A stretch of DNA of 64,000 bases from Verrucomicrobiota bacterium (GCA_047947115.1 CP170459.1:608001-672000), one strand, 5' to 3'. Numbered from the stretch's first letter, positions 22,201-31,865 are shown. Program-made: numbers and translations. The notes: generated from the letters alone by a model not told the origin.

Positions 22201-22985
22201 CGGTATCCGATCCATCAATCGACGAAAAGGACATCCTCATTGAACTGAGAGACGTCACCGTTCGTTCCGTCACCCAGCCGCATTTGGATTGGATCCGCAA
22301 CTGGGACTGGACCATTAAAAGTGGAGAGCGCTGGCTGGTGGGAGCCAAACCGGATTCCGGCAAAACATCACTTTTGTCTGTAGCTGCAGGACTCGTGCAT
22401 GCCCACCGGGGAACCGTTCGCATCTTCGATCGCGAAGTCCAAGATCTGGAACCGGAATCATGGCTGGACGAAAAACTGCGCATGGGGATGGTCTTTGAAG
22501 ACGGAGGCAAGGTGTTTCAGGAACTGACTGTCTTTGAAAATCTCATGTTGCCTCTCAATTACCACGAACGATTGACGCCTGATGAAAGAAGGGCCCATGT
22601 CCAATCCATCCTGGAAAGCACAGAGATGGATCATATCGCAGGGCGATCAGCGGCTGGCTTGAGCCGAAATTGGAAACAACGACTGGGACTGGCACGTGCG
22701 CTGGTGTTGCAGCCGGAAGTCCTCTTTCTTGACAATCCTCTGGGAGCAGTGGACGCCCATCATGGCCTGTGGTGGTTGAAATTTCTGGATCGTCTTATGA
22801 CCGGGCGGTGGGAGTGGCAACCCAAGGCGCTGGTGGTCTCGGCGAATGATCTGACACCCTGGATGTCACGCATCAATCGCCTGGCCTTGATAAATGACAA
22901 AAATTGGGTAGAGATAGATCCGGGCGACCGAAACACTCTCGAAAGCGATCCATTGATCCAGTCGCTCATGACAGCAAAAATATAG
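22197..22985 (+). CDS. MlaF-like ABC ATP-binding protein with degenerate catalytic motifs
   Basis: DSGKTS Walker A, LTVFENL, LARALVLQPEVLFLDNP; lies between mlaE and mlaD. Confidence 0.8.
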   Translation: MTVSDPSIDEKDILIELRDVTVRSVTQPHLDWIRNWDWTIKSGERWLVGAKPDSGKTSLLSVAAGLVHAHRGTVRIFDREVQDLEPESWLDEKLRMGMVFEDGGKVFQELTVFENLMLPLNYHERLTPDERRAHVQSILESTEMDHIAGRSAAGLSRNWKQRLGLARALVLQPEVLFLDNPLGAVDAHHGLWWLKFLDRLMTGRWEWQPKALVVSANDLTPWMSRINRLALINDKNWVEIDPGDRNTLESDPLIQSLMTAKI

Positions 22986-23001
22986 AAACCAAGAAAGCAT
23001 C

Positions 23002-24030
23002 ATGCCACTACAAGACCTGACACCCCAGATTCGCACTCGGCTCAACCGGGCCGAACGATTCGTCGGACTTTTTGTCGGGCTTGCGCTAATGGGATTGATT
23101 GGCGCATTTGGATATTTCATTTTTCATACAGCCAAACAAAAAGGGTGGTTTCTGACACAGGCGCGTTATTTTACCTATCTTCAAAGCGCTAATGGTATTT
23201 CCTTGGGAGACAAGGTCAAACTTATGGGTTTTGAAGTAGGGGAGATCACATCGATCGAAGCCATGCCGGCAAGTGATTGGCTTTATAACGTTTATGTGGA
23301 ATTCGTGGTGCGCAGTCCCTACCACGGTTATCTTTGGAAGGATTCCACCGTTAAGTTTGTGTCAGGAGATTTTCTAGGTAACCGCTATTTGGAGGTCACC
23401 AAGGGCTATGACGGAGAAGTTCTCTATAAGGAAGAAAACGGCAAAATTGTAGAATGGTGGGACGGAACAGAATACCTTCCATTCGAAAAGACCACTAAAC
23501 CGGTCTGGATCCGAGCTATCGAATCCAATGGGCTGAACAATCAGATCGAAGACATCCTGAAAGTGGTTCAGGAACAGCTTCCTAACGTTTTTGCGCTCAC
23601 AAACCAGCTGTCCATGACGCTCGACCACGCGAATCAGATGAGCACCAACGTCAACAACCTGCTCATCGAAACTCAGGCGGCCTCAAAGAACCTCGTAACC
23701 ATCACTGAAAACCTGAAGGATCCGAATGGTTCATTGGGACGCTGGTTGTTACCCGAGGATTTGAATCAGGACATTCATCACACCCTGCTTTCCGTGACAA
23801 ACACCCTCAGTTCAGCCGATACGAATATGACTCTTGCGGTGTCCAGCCTGAATATCAGCCTGAACCAACTCGCCACTCTCACCAGCAACTTCAACGCTCA
23901 GGTCCAGGCAAACACCAATATCCTTGGTGAAATATCTTCTCTAGTGGTCACCGCCAACGATTTCATGGAAAGCCTGCGTGATCACTGGCTTCTTCGATCT
24001 GCCTTCAAAGAAGACAAAAAGAAAAAGTAG
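23002..24030 (+). CDS. mlaD: MlaD/MCE-domain protein with long helical C-terminus
   Basis: N-terminal TM; ANGISLGDKVKLMGFEVGEI, DFLGNRYLEV MCE motifs; Asn/Thr/Leu-rich helical tail. Confidence 0.85.
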   Translation: MPLQDLTPQIRTRLNRAERFVGLFVGLALMGLIGAFGYFIFHTAKQKGWFLTQARYFTYLQSANGISLGDKVKLMGFEVGEITSIEAMPASDWLYNVYVEFVVRSPYHGYLWKDSTVKFVSGDFLGNRYLEVTKGYDGEVLYKEENGKIVEWWDGTEYLPFEKTTKPVWIRAIESNGLNNQIEDILKVVQEQLPNVFALTNQLSMTLDHANQMSTNVNNLLIETQAASKNLVTITENLKDPNGSLGRWLLPEDLNQDIHHTLLSVTNTLSSADTNMTLAVSSLNISLNQLATLTSNFNAQVQANTNILGEISSLVVTANDFMESLRDHWLLRSAFKEDKKKK

Positions 24031-24072
24031 TCTGAACCGGGTTCGCAGAGCATTCCCCCAACGCAATCACCA

Positions 24073-24285
24073 GGTAGCTCGGGTCGTCTCGACGCGAATC
24101 CTCAGGGCATCCATGTTACTCACTCATCTTCCAAAGGAACACCCAAGGATTCCCAAAAACCCACAACCACATCTCATCCGCCGGCGGGTTGAGTTGGGGT
24201 GTTGGATGCCCTGGCGTCTTCCTTCTCACGTCTTTTGCAGACATGATCGCCACAAGGGTTGCGCGGCGGGACGCCACACTCTACC
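24073..24285. repeat. REPIN-like element: imperfect GTAG-tagged inverted repeats enclosing an inner long hairpin
   Basis: ggtag...cgtctcgacgcg (24073) versus cgcggcgggacg...ctacc (to 24285); inner perfect 11-bp arms cagggcatcca / tggatgccctg; between convergent genes. Confidence 0.55.
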
Positions 24286-24294
24286 TTTGTGCTG

Positions 24295-27200
24295 TCATCG
24301 GGCGATGATCAGGCGGTTGTCCAGGGTCCATACATATATACGACTGGTCAGCGTTGGACTGACATTTGCCGAGTCCTGCATGACGATCCACCCCCGGATG
24401 TTTTCAGACTCCATACTCTCGAGCAACGCCGGATCTATTCCTGGTTCCAGACCAGGATCCAGGACCAGGATTTCAATGAAGTTGTGATGCCCCGGATAGT
24501 AAGTTTGCGAAAAGGTCGAACTCAGGGAAAATTCACCGTAACCTGCAAAATCCAACAGAATATCCTCCCACTCCTGCAACACGGGTGTTTTGAGAATCCA
24601 AGGAGTCTCACCTCGAATTTTGTACGAGCCAATGTAAAAATCACTAGTTACAGACAACCCACTTGATTTCGAATTGACGTTGCGCTTCCACGAAAAGTTT
24701 GGGAATCCACCGCCCAAGTTGACTGGATCTATGTCAGCCAAAGTGACCGAATCCTCGTGTGTGGTCCCGAAGTTTTCTCTGAACAAATCTATTTTCGGTT
24801 GAGCCGTGGCGTAACGGGCCGTCAACTCAATCTCGGCATCTCCAAGATTGAGGAACGGCGTGGTGCGTCGGCGAAGGTCGTAGAGAAAATTGAAGTGTAA
24901 CTGGTAGTCCACTCGCAAAGCATCTTCGCCCCAATACCAATCCACTTTCAAATCACGGCCGGACATGGTCACCTCAGCACCCGGAAGGTCGCTCATCAAT
25001 CCGTCATAATGAACGATCTTCCGGTTATGAACAAATTCCAGATCCACGTTCAAAAGGCCCGCAGGGTCATCCGGCAATTCATCCCCCACCAGCCCCCAAC
25101 TATGAAACTTCCACACCGACTTCAGGCGGTGACGCGCCATCATGTCACCGAACTCACCCTGCACCACCTCAAACGCATCCACATCGCTGAATGCAATGGG
25201 CAATGCCACCCCATCTAATGGTGAGACGGGAATCGCGCGAATCTGTTTCAACACGATGTTTCCGGGAGCCATTTTTTTGTATTCGAAATCCAGCAGCACT
25301 TCGGTTTTTGATTCAAAGTGATCCAGGTAAGCCCCGGACGCCTGAAGCATGAGTTCCGTGAGCAAACGGTAATCATCATGCCATTCCATAACCGTCGCCC
25401 CCAACTGCACCAAAGCGCTCCCCTGCACCAGTTCAAACTCCATTTCAACGGCGTTTGAAATTCCCACTCGCACGATCTCGGGCAGAGCAGAACGATCCGG
25501 ATTAGCCACGGAGACGGCCTCTTTTTGAGTGACGAGACTCCCTTCGACCAATACCGGCACACCATTCTCCCCGCGAGACACGCGCAAGGTAGCAACACCG
25601 TTCGCCCATTCGCCTTCATCTGGAAAACTGTGGTGAGCCAGGACAGCCATTCCGACCTCGCTCTCCTCCACGCCACGTCTCAGACGTTCAATGAAGGCGT
25701 TCTCATTGTAGAAACTCGCATACACTTTTTGGATGGCACGAAACACGCCTCGTTCCTTGTCCTTCGTTGGATCACAGTTACTGGGCCCCTCAGTATCCTC
25801 GTCCAAATCATCCGCCACGCAGCCACTGAAACTGTCATATAATCCCGCGCCGACAAATTGCTCACTGTCCTCCACATTGGTGGAACTGCGAAAACGGATT
25901 TTTTGATCACTGCTCATCGTTGACAGAGCATTCAGAATGGCTGTTTGCTGATCGGCACTGAATCGGGCTTTCTTTTCGATCAAATCACGTATCTCTCCCA
26001 AAGCAACCGCCAGCTCTCCCGGATTCTGAAGCGGAAATCGGAAACCCATTAATTTGGCATCAATGGTTGCCTTCAGGGATTCACCGCTTGCGAGGAGTTG
26101 CGACATGAAATCGTTCCACAGATCAAAAGTAAACGCAACCGCTTCTCCCGGGGAATGATCCGGTATGGATCTGAGCAAAAGACCAAGATTCGCCGCCTTG
26201 CCCCCGACTTTCCCGATGTCCCCGGGACTTAACTCGGAAACGGGCAAAGCTATTTCGCCTGCCAATTGAACCGGATTGTAGGCAAGAGGAGGCAACCGTT
26301 TCAAATCAAGTAATTGTGTCTTCTGATCCTCGCTCAATTGATTCCCAACTTTAAGTATTCGCACGTTCACACTCTTTTCATTCCGGCCGGCGATCAACAA
26401 GACATCCTCACCGACCCATTGCCTGATCTGAACCTGACGCGCGGTGTCAGCCAGGTATGCAAACGGCACACCAAATGATTGAGCCAAGATGGCGACATGC
26501 GAATTGGAGGTTGCCGGAGAAAGGGACAGGATGCCGGACACAGGTGGCACCTCTGCCGGAACATCATCGAGCACCAAAATGTCCGACGTTTTCAAATCAC
26601 CGTTGGCAAAAGCCTCCTCAAGATCTCCGGATGCCAGATATACCAATCTTCCCAAGGCCCAACCTTCGGCATAAAGCCCGTCCTGCGTCACCCAACGGGC
26701 CGGCGAGTCGACGACAACGCCGTTTGATACAAAAAGATCTGCAGCCGCACGAGTGGCTGCTGCCTGCTCGAAGGTCGGCATGTAAATCAAGCGAACACCT
26801 TCACCCAGTCGCACACGCATGGCCACCAGGTCCAGCCATTCAAGGACGGACTCCACAGGAAACGCTTCCCGACCGACAAACTGCACACCGACTTCCCGAA
26901 TGGATGGATCATCCGGAAACAACAAGCCCCCCAGCAACAACTCCTGAGTATCGGGCATCAAAGTCACCCGCTCAAACTCACCGGGTTCCATTTCGGCATA
27001 GGATGGCAGATGGGCTTTTGCAAAATCATAGTGAAAGGGAAATGTCCGGCTGTCCTGAAAATAAATGTGCCCGCCCCGATCCAATGCCATCGCAAATTTC
27101 ACCCACCCCAAATCACCGGCATGACGCGGCAAAGCCAGGAAAGGGGAGACATCCGGCCCCAATTGATTGGTCCAGTCAGAAGCCCGATCATCGGATGTTA

Positions 27201-27483
27201 AGCGAAAGAACCGTTGTTTCTGATTCCTTGCCTGAAGATCGGTATACGTATCGAAAGCTCCCCATGACCTGGCCCAATCCTGCCAACTTTGCAGATCAAC
27301 GGAGGATTCAAGCAGATAGTTTTTAACGTCGCCTCCTTCCTGATGAATGGTAATGGAGGCGTCATCAGGGCCAGGGTGAATGCGGAGCAATGGGGCTTTT
27401 TGAGCGAACAGAGCGGGCAAACAGACCAACCAAAGGTATCCAAAAATTCCAACGTGATGATGAAGTAAAAAATAACGATTCAT
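24295..27483 (-). CDS. Exported PEP/pyruvate-binding (PPDK_N) dikinase-like protein with phosphohistidine domain
   Basis: Signal-peptide-like N-terminus; TSNSHVAILA (His329); VGGKAANLG (Lys429); RFRSSTNVED...GAGLYDS (Arg532); KVYAS, DFEYK, LKQIRAI. Confidence 0.85.
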   Translation of the reverse strand: MNRYFLLHHHVGIFGYLWLVCLPALFAQKAPLLRIHPGPDDASITIHQEGGDVKNYLLESSVDLQSWQDWARSWGAFDTYTDLQARNQKQRFFRLTSDDRASDWTNQLGPDVSPFLALPRHAGDLGWVKFAMALDRGGHIYFQDSRTFPFHYDFAKAHLPSYAEMEPGEFERVTLMPDTQELLLGGLLFPDDPSIREVGVQFVGREAFPVESVLEWLDLVAMRVRLGEGVRLIYMPTFEQAAATRAAADLFVSNGVVVDSPARWVTQDGLYAEGWALGRLVYLASGDLEEAFANGDLKTSDILVLDDVPAEVPPVSGILSLSPATSNSHVAILAQSFGVPFAYLADTARQVQIRQWVGEDVLLIAGRNEKSVNVRILKVGNQLSEDQKTQLLDLKRLPPLAYNPVQLAGEIALPVSELSPGDIGKVGGKAANLGLLLRSIPDHSPGEAVAFTFDLWNDFMSQLLASGESLKATIDAKLMGFRFPLQNPGELAVALGEIRDLIEKKARFSADQQTAILNALSTMSSDQKIRFRSSTNVEDSEQFVGAGLYDSFSGCVADDLDEDTEGPSNCDPTKDKERGVFRAIQKVYASFYNENAFIERLRRGVEESEVGMAVLAHHSFPDEGEWANGVATLRVSRGENGVPVLVEGSLVTQKEAVSVANPDRSALPEIVRVGISNAVEMEFELVQGSALVQLGATVMEWHDDYRLLTELMLQASGAYLDHFESKTEVLLDFEYKKMAPGNIVLKQIRAIPVSPLDGVALPIAFSDVDAFEVVQGEFGDMMARHRLKSVWKFHSWGLVGDELPDDPAGLLNVDLEFVHNRKIVHYDGLMSDLPGAEVTMSGRDLKVDWYWGEDALRVDYQLHFNFLYDLRRRTTPFLNLGDAEIELTARYATAQPKIDLFRENFGTTHEDSVTLADIDPVNLGGGFPNFSWKRNVNSKSSGLSVTSDFYIGSYKIRGETPWILKTPVLQEWEDILLDFAGYGEFSLSSTFSQTYYPGHHNFIEILVLDPGLEPGIDPALLESMESENIRGWIVMQDSANVSPTLTSRIYVWTLDNRLIIAR

Positions 27484-27525
27484 TTAACTGTATTAGCAAA
27501 CCAATACAGCCAACAACATCGATTG

Positions 27526-28764
27526 TCAAGCGGCGGAACTTAATGCATCGGTGGGTGGTTGGGATGAGTTGTCTTTGGCAGCCGAAGATTTGAGTGTGAA
27601 GAAGAAGGTGGATCCTTTTCCCAACTCGCTTTCAACCCATACACGCCCTCCCAGAGTTTGGGCAATGTGCTTGACGATGGACAATCCGAGCCCGGTGCCT
27701 CCCTGTGATCGCGAACGCGCTTTGTCGACTCTGAAGAACCGTTCAAAAATGCGGTCCGTTGCTTCTGAAGGAATACCCGGACCGTCATCTGAAATACTGA
27801 CACAGACCTGATCGTTACCGTTGCGCATCGCCCGAACCTCCACCTTGCCACCTGACTTTCCATACTTCACTGCATTGTCGATGAGGTTCAGCAGAATTTG
27901 CTCCAGGAGGTCGGCATCGGCTTTGACGAACATGTCCTTGGGCACGGAATAACTGACTTCGATATTTCTTTTCTCCGCGCTGCGTTGGAGATCCCCCACC
28001 ACACGGGAAATTTCAAGACACAGTCGCAGTTCCCGAAGATTGACGGTTGCCTGTCCGGATTCCAACTTTGAAATGGTCAAGAGGTCTTCGATCAGAAGAG
28101 CCAGTCGATCGGAATGCTTCTGCACTTTGCCAAGAAAACTGGTCAATGTTTCTTGATCCATGGAGGGATGGTCAATCACTGTTTCGACAAAGCCTTTGAT
28201 CATGGAAAGCGGTGTTCTCAACTCATGACTTACGTTGGCCACGAAATCTCGCCGGGCGCTTTCCAGTTCTTTCAGGCGGGTAAAATCATGGAATATCAAG
28301 AGGACGCCTTCCGGTTTGCCGGATGCATCGTGCACGACCACGGCATTGAGCATGAGGTGTTTGGATTCCAGTGCAGATGGATTCAATTCCACTCCCATGG
28401 TGCGGCCATTTTTGACGGTTCGCTCAAACACTTCATGCACCTCATGCAGACGAAGGGCTTCCAGTAATGTGATCCCATCAGGCACATTCTCCGGAATACG
28501 AAACAATTGCCGGATGGCCCGATTCATAAACACCACCTTTCCTGATAACTCGCAAAGCATGACCCCTTCTGCCATGGCGTCGAACACGGCATCGCGATGA
28601 TGCTCCATGTCGGCCCGGGTGGATACCAACTGTTCCCGGAGCATGGCCGCTTTTTCCTGGAAGGATTTTCCTTCCCTGCGAATGCGCACAATCAAAGCAC
28701 CCCACAATCCGGAAACAACCAACGCCGTCAGGGCCGCTACTGCAAATATCTGAAAACCACTCAC
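27526..28764 (-). CDS. phoR: PhoR-like sensor histidine kinase (TM, PAS, HisKA, HATPase)
   Basis: RRDFVANVSHELRTPL, NLIDNAVKY, RIFERFFRVDKARSRSQGGTGLGLSIVKHI. Confidence 0.8.
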   Translation of the reverse strand: MSGFQIFAVAALTALVVSGLWGALIVRIRREGKSFQEKAAMLREQLVSTRADMEHHRDAVFDAMAEGVMLCELSGKVVFMNRAIRQLFRIPENVPDGITLLEALRLHEVHEVFERTVKNGRTMGVELNPSALESKHLMLNAVVVHDASGKPEGVLLIFHDFTRLKELESARRDFVANVSHELRTPLSMIKGFVETVIDHPSMDQETLTSFLGKVQKHSDRLALLIEDLLTISKLESGQATVNLRELRLCLEISRVVGDLQRSAEKRNIEVSYSVPKDMFVKADADLLEQILLNLIDNAVKYGKSGGKVEVRAMRNGNDQVCVSISDDGPGIPSEATDRIFERFFRVDKARSRSQGGTGLGLSIVKHIAQTLGGRVWVESELGKGSTFFFTLKSSAAKDNSSQPPTDALSSAA

Positions 28765-28797
28765 TCCTGTTATTCGTCTGGATTGAACGTACCTGTT

Positions 28798-29487
28798 TCA
28801 ATCGGTCGGTTCGACAAGTCGATATCCCACGCCTCTGACCGTTCCGATGTGGTTGGAAGCTTTTCCCAGTTTTTCACGCAGCCGTCGAACGTGGGTATCA
28901 ACAGTACGTGTATCAATCAATTGATCGTATCCCCACACGTCCTGCAACAACTGGTCTCTGGACTGAACACGGCCTTTACGTTCCATCAGAATCTGAAGGA
29001 GCCGAAACTCTGTGGGTGTCAGATCGACCACCTTACCCTCGACTCTGGCTTCGTGGCAGGGGATATTGATTTCCAAATCCCGCACCTGCAATCGCTCCAC
29101 CTCGCCTTCTGGTTCATCCTGGCGTTTGAGCAGATTTCGTATGCGCAGGATGAGCTCACGCGGACTGAATGGCTTGGTCACATAATCGTCCGCGCCAAAT
29201 TCAAGCCCCAATACCCTGTCAATTTCCGAAGCTTTGGCGGTTAACATCACCACCGGCAGTTTCGCGGTGGCAGGATCACGGCGTAAGATCTTGCAAACTT
29301 CCAGGCCGTCAATCTCTGGTAACATCACGTCCAGCAGAATCAAATCCGGCGAAAATTTACGCGCTTTTAACAAAGCCTCCTCACCATCTTCGGCCGTAAT
29401 CACATCGTAACCTGACGCCTTCAAATTGAAACGAATCAACTCAATGGAATCGGGCTCATCGTCCACAACTAGTATTCTTGCACTCAC
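28798..29487 (-). CDS. phoB: PhoB/PhoP-like OmpR-family response regulator
   Basis: REC (LDVMLP, GADDYVTKPFSPREL) plus winged helix (LTPTEFRLL, TRTVDTHVRRLREKL); directly upstream of phoR. Confidence 0.8.
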   Translation of the reverse strand: MSARILVVDDEPDSIELIRFNLKASGYDVITAEDGEEALLKARKFSPDLILLDVMLPEIDGLEVCKILRRDPATAKLPVVMLTAKASEIDRVLGLEFGADDYVTKPFSPRELILRIRNLLKRQDEPEGEVERLQVRDLEINIPCHEARVEGKVVDLTPTEFRLLQILMERKGRVQSRDQLLQDVWGYDQLIDTRTVDTHVRRLREKLGKASNHIGTVRGVGYRLVEPTD

Positions 29488-29522
29488 CGACTGTAAACTG
29501 CCACCGACGCGGTGGCCCTAAG

Positions 29523-29538
29523 GTGACGGAATTGTAAC
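29523..29538 (-). promoter_or_regulatory. Pho-box-like direct repeat upstream of phoB
   Basis: Minus strand GTTAC-aattcc-GTCAC: two half sites with 11-bp periodicity, 35 bp upstream of the start codon. Confidence 0.55.
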
Positions 29539-29605
29539 AAATGCGAAACATTAAATCCATTCAAGAAATCTGGACGAATGATGCAGTCCAGCTATAATCC
29601 TCTCC

Positions 29606-30946
29606 ATGAATCCCCGTCCCAACATGAATCGTCGCCGTTTTCTGGCATCGAGTGCACTGGCCGGAACCACTCTGGCCTTTCCGTGGATCTCCGTTCGCAA
29701 TGTTTTAGGCGCCAACAACAGGCTCAACATCGCGGCCATCGGAGCCGGAGGCAAAGGGGGTGTGGATATTGGTTATTGTGCGGGCGAAAACGTGGTGGCG
29801 TTGTGCGACGTGGACACCAACAAGGCGGCGGGAAGCATCAAAAAGTTCTCCAAAGCCAAGGTTTATCAGGATTTTCGGAACATGCTGGAGAAGGAGGAGA
29901 AGCACATCGATGCCGTCACCATTTCGACTCCGGACCACACCCATGCCCACCCCGCCATCCTGGCCATGAAAGCCGGCAAGCACGTATATTGCCAGAAACC
30001 ACTTACACATACGGTCGAGGAAGCGCGCATTCTGACACGCATCGCAAAGGAAACCGGCGTGGTCACCCAAATGGGAAATCAGGGACATTGTCATTCCGAC
30101 AGCCGACGGTTGGTTGAATTGATCCGGGCCGGTGTGATAGGAGAGGTCAAAGAAGCTCATATCTGGACCGATCGCCCCATCTGGCCACAAGGACTGACAC
30201 GCCCCGTGGAAGTTCAGACACCACCCGACACAATCGATTGGGATCTGTGGCTCGGACCGGCACCGGAACGTCCTTACCATGCTTCCTATGCTCCTTTCAA
30301 CTGGCGTGGTTGGTGGGATTTTGGCACCGGAGCGCTCGGAGACATGGGATGCCATAACATGGACGTGGCCTTTTTCGCTCTGGATCTGAAAAACCCGACC
30401 GAAATTTCAGGCGAGGGCGAGGGCATGACAGAGGAATCTCCCCCCAAATCCGCGACGGTTCACTGGAAATTCCCGGCCAACAAAGACCGGGGGCCAGTCG
30501 CATTAACCTGGTATGACGGCGGTCGCAAACCGGATCCATCACTGGTTTCATTGAAGGAACTCCCGGGCAACGGGTGCATTTTGATGGGCACCAAGGACAC
30601 CATGTATGTCCCAAGCTACTGGGGTGATGCCAACTTTTTATCCGGCGCCAAGACGAGTGATTTTGATCAAATCGACACCACATTGCCCCGATGGCCGGGT
30701 GGCGCTCAGGACAACGACAAAGCCCATCATCACGAATGGATAGCAGCATGCAAAGGGGAAGCCAGAGCTCTTTCGCACTTCGATTATGCAGGTCCCATGA
30801 CCGAAGCCGTACTGCTGGGGAATGTGGCGTTGAGAGCCGGCAAAAAAGTGGAATGGGATGCACACCGAATGAAGATCACCAACGATCCCCACTCAAACCA
30901 ATACATTTACAAAGCTTATCGCAAAGGATGGGAATTACCGTTGTAA
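29606..30946 (+). CDS. Gfo/Idh/MocA oxidoreductase, Tat-exported
   Basis: NRRRFL twin-arginine signal; IGAGGKG, STPDHTH, HVYCQKPL, WDLWLGPAP, GALGDMGCH. Confidence 0.93.
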   Translation: MNPRPNMNRRRFLASSALAGTTLAFPWISVRNVLGANNRLNIAAIGAGGKGGVDIGYCAGENVVALCDVDTNKAAGSIKKFSKAKVYQDFRNMLEKEEKHIDAVTISTPDHTHAHPAILAMKAGKHVYCQKPLTHTVEEARILTRIAKETGVVTQMGNQGHCHSDSRRLVELIRAGVIGEVKEAHIWTDRPIWPQGLTRPVEVQTPPDTIDWDLWLGPAPERPYHASYAPFNWRGWWDFGTGALGDMGCHNMDVAFFALDLKNPTEISGEGEGMTEESPPKSATVHWKFPANKDRGPVALTWYDGGRKPDPSLVSLKELPGNGCILMGTKDTMYVPSYWGDANFLSGAKTSDFDQIDTTLPRWPGGAQDNDKAHHHEWIAACKGEARALSHFDYAGPMTEAVLLGNVALRAGKKVEWDAHRMKITNDPHSNQYIYKAYRKGWELPL

Positions 30947-30949
30947 CTC

Positions 30950-31234
30950 CTAGAAAATGTTAAGGTAATACTTGATGAACAAGGCGATCAACAAAACCGC
31001 CACGATGGTCCATGCCCATTGCATGGGGGATTTTCGTCGGGATTTTCCGCCCCCAAACTCTTCATCAACAAACGAATCGTAATCGAAGGCATCATCGTAA
31101 TCCACGTCGATCCGCTCGTACTTTGCCTTTTCCGACCAACCTGTTTCTTCGCAGGAGCCACACTGTGGACAAGCCTTGGCATCCGAAGGAACCTCCGCGC
31201 CACAGTTTGGACAATAGCCGTCTTGAGCAGACAT
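30950..31234 (-). CDS. Zinc-ribbon domain membrane protein
   Basis: CPNCG...CPQCG, acidic linker, C-terminal TM helix. Confidence 0.8.
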   Translation of the reverse strand: MSAQDGYCPNCGAEVPSDAKACPQCGSCEETGWSEKAKYERIDVDYDDAFDYDSFVDEEFGGGKSRRKSPMQWAWTIVAVLLIALFIKYYLNIF

Positions 31235-31259
31235 GGTGGAATGTTTTCCGAGCAGTGGA

Positions 31260-31865
31260 TCACCCGCCAACGCCGGCGTACTCGATGTCAGTCGTTAGAT
31301 GAATGCCCATTAAAAGGTAATCATGGTGTTTACCCTGCATGTCCATGACGTACTTGGGAAAGCAGGCCAGATCACTGAATCCCAACATGGCAAAGACACG
31401 CATGGCTCTTTGCTGCTCAGCCACAAACTCCGCTTCCAATTTTTCCAATCCGAGCTGGCGTGAGACGCCAATGATCTCACCACCAAGGGAATAGGCCAGT
31501 CCACGACGGCGGAAATCGACATGCACAAAAACACTGATCCGGCCAATATGCCGCTTCCAACCGTATCCATTCTGATGAAGGGTGCAAGAAGCCAGAATTC
31601 GGCCCTCACTGTTGATGGCGATCAGAGGGAAATTCTTTTCTAAATCAATGTGACGACACCACCCTTCGATCACTTCCCGTTCCTGAACTTTGTGCTTTAT
31701 AAACAAACGCTCGTTCTCAGGAACGACTTGGAAAAATTCGAACAGCGCCTCGCTATCGCCGGACTCCAGGGGACGGACAGTCACCTGCAAGCCGTCTTTG
31801 AGAGTGATGTCTTTGGGAAAAGCATCAACAATCCCGTCTAATGGTGGAAAAAGGTCGGTCATCAT
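31260..31865 (-). CDS. GNAT family N-acetyltransferase
   Basis: ITLKDG...VRPL, VHVDFRRRGLA acetyl-CoA motif, FAMLGF. Confidence 0.85.
   Translation of the reverse strand: MMTDLFPPLDGIVDAFPKDITLKDGLQVTVRPLESGDSEALFEFFQVVPENERLFIKHKVQEREVIEGWCRHIDLEKNFPLIAINSEGRILASCTLHQNGYGWKRHIGRISVFVHVDFRRRGLAYSLGGEIIGVSRQLGLEKLEAEFVAEQQRAMRVFAMLGFSDLACFPKYVMDMQGKHHDYLLMGIHLTTDIEYAGVGG

Noticed and set aside
24031..24290. 6S RNA
   Set aside because: Size and hairpin are suggestive, but I cannot identify the conserved 6S motifs and the REP-like ends explain the structure; an Rfam search would decide
24295..27483. Ordinary PEP synthase or rifampin phosphotransferase
   Set aside because: Domain order is His then ATP-grasp, no PEP-binding barrel motifs are recognisable, and a signal-peptide-like N-terminus is present
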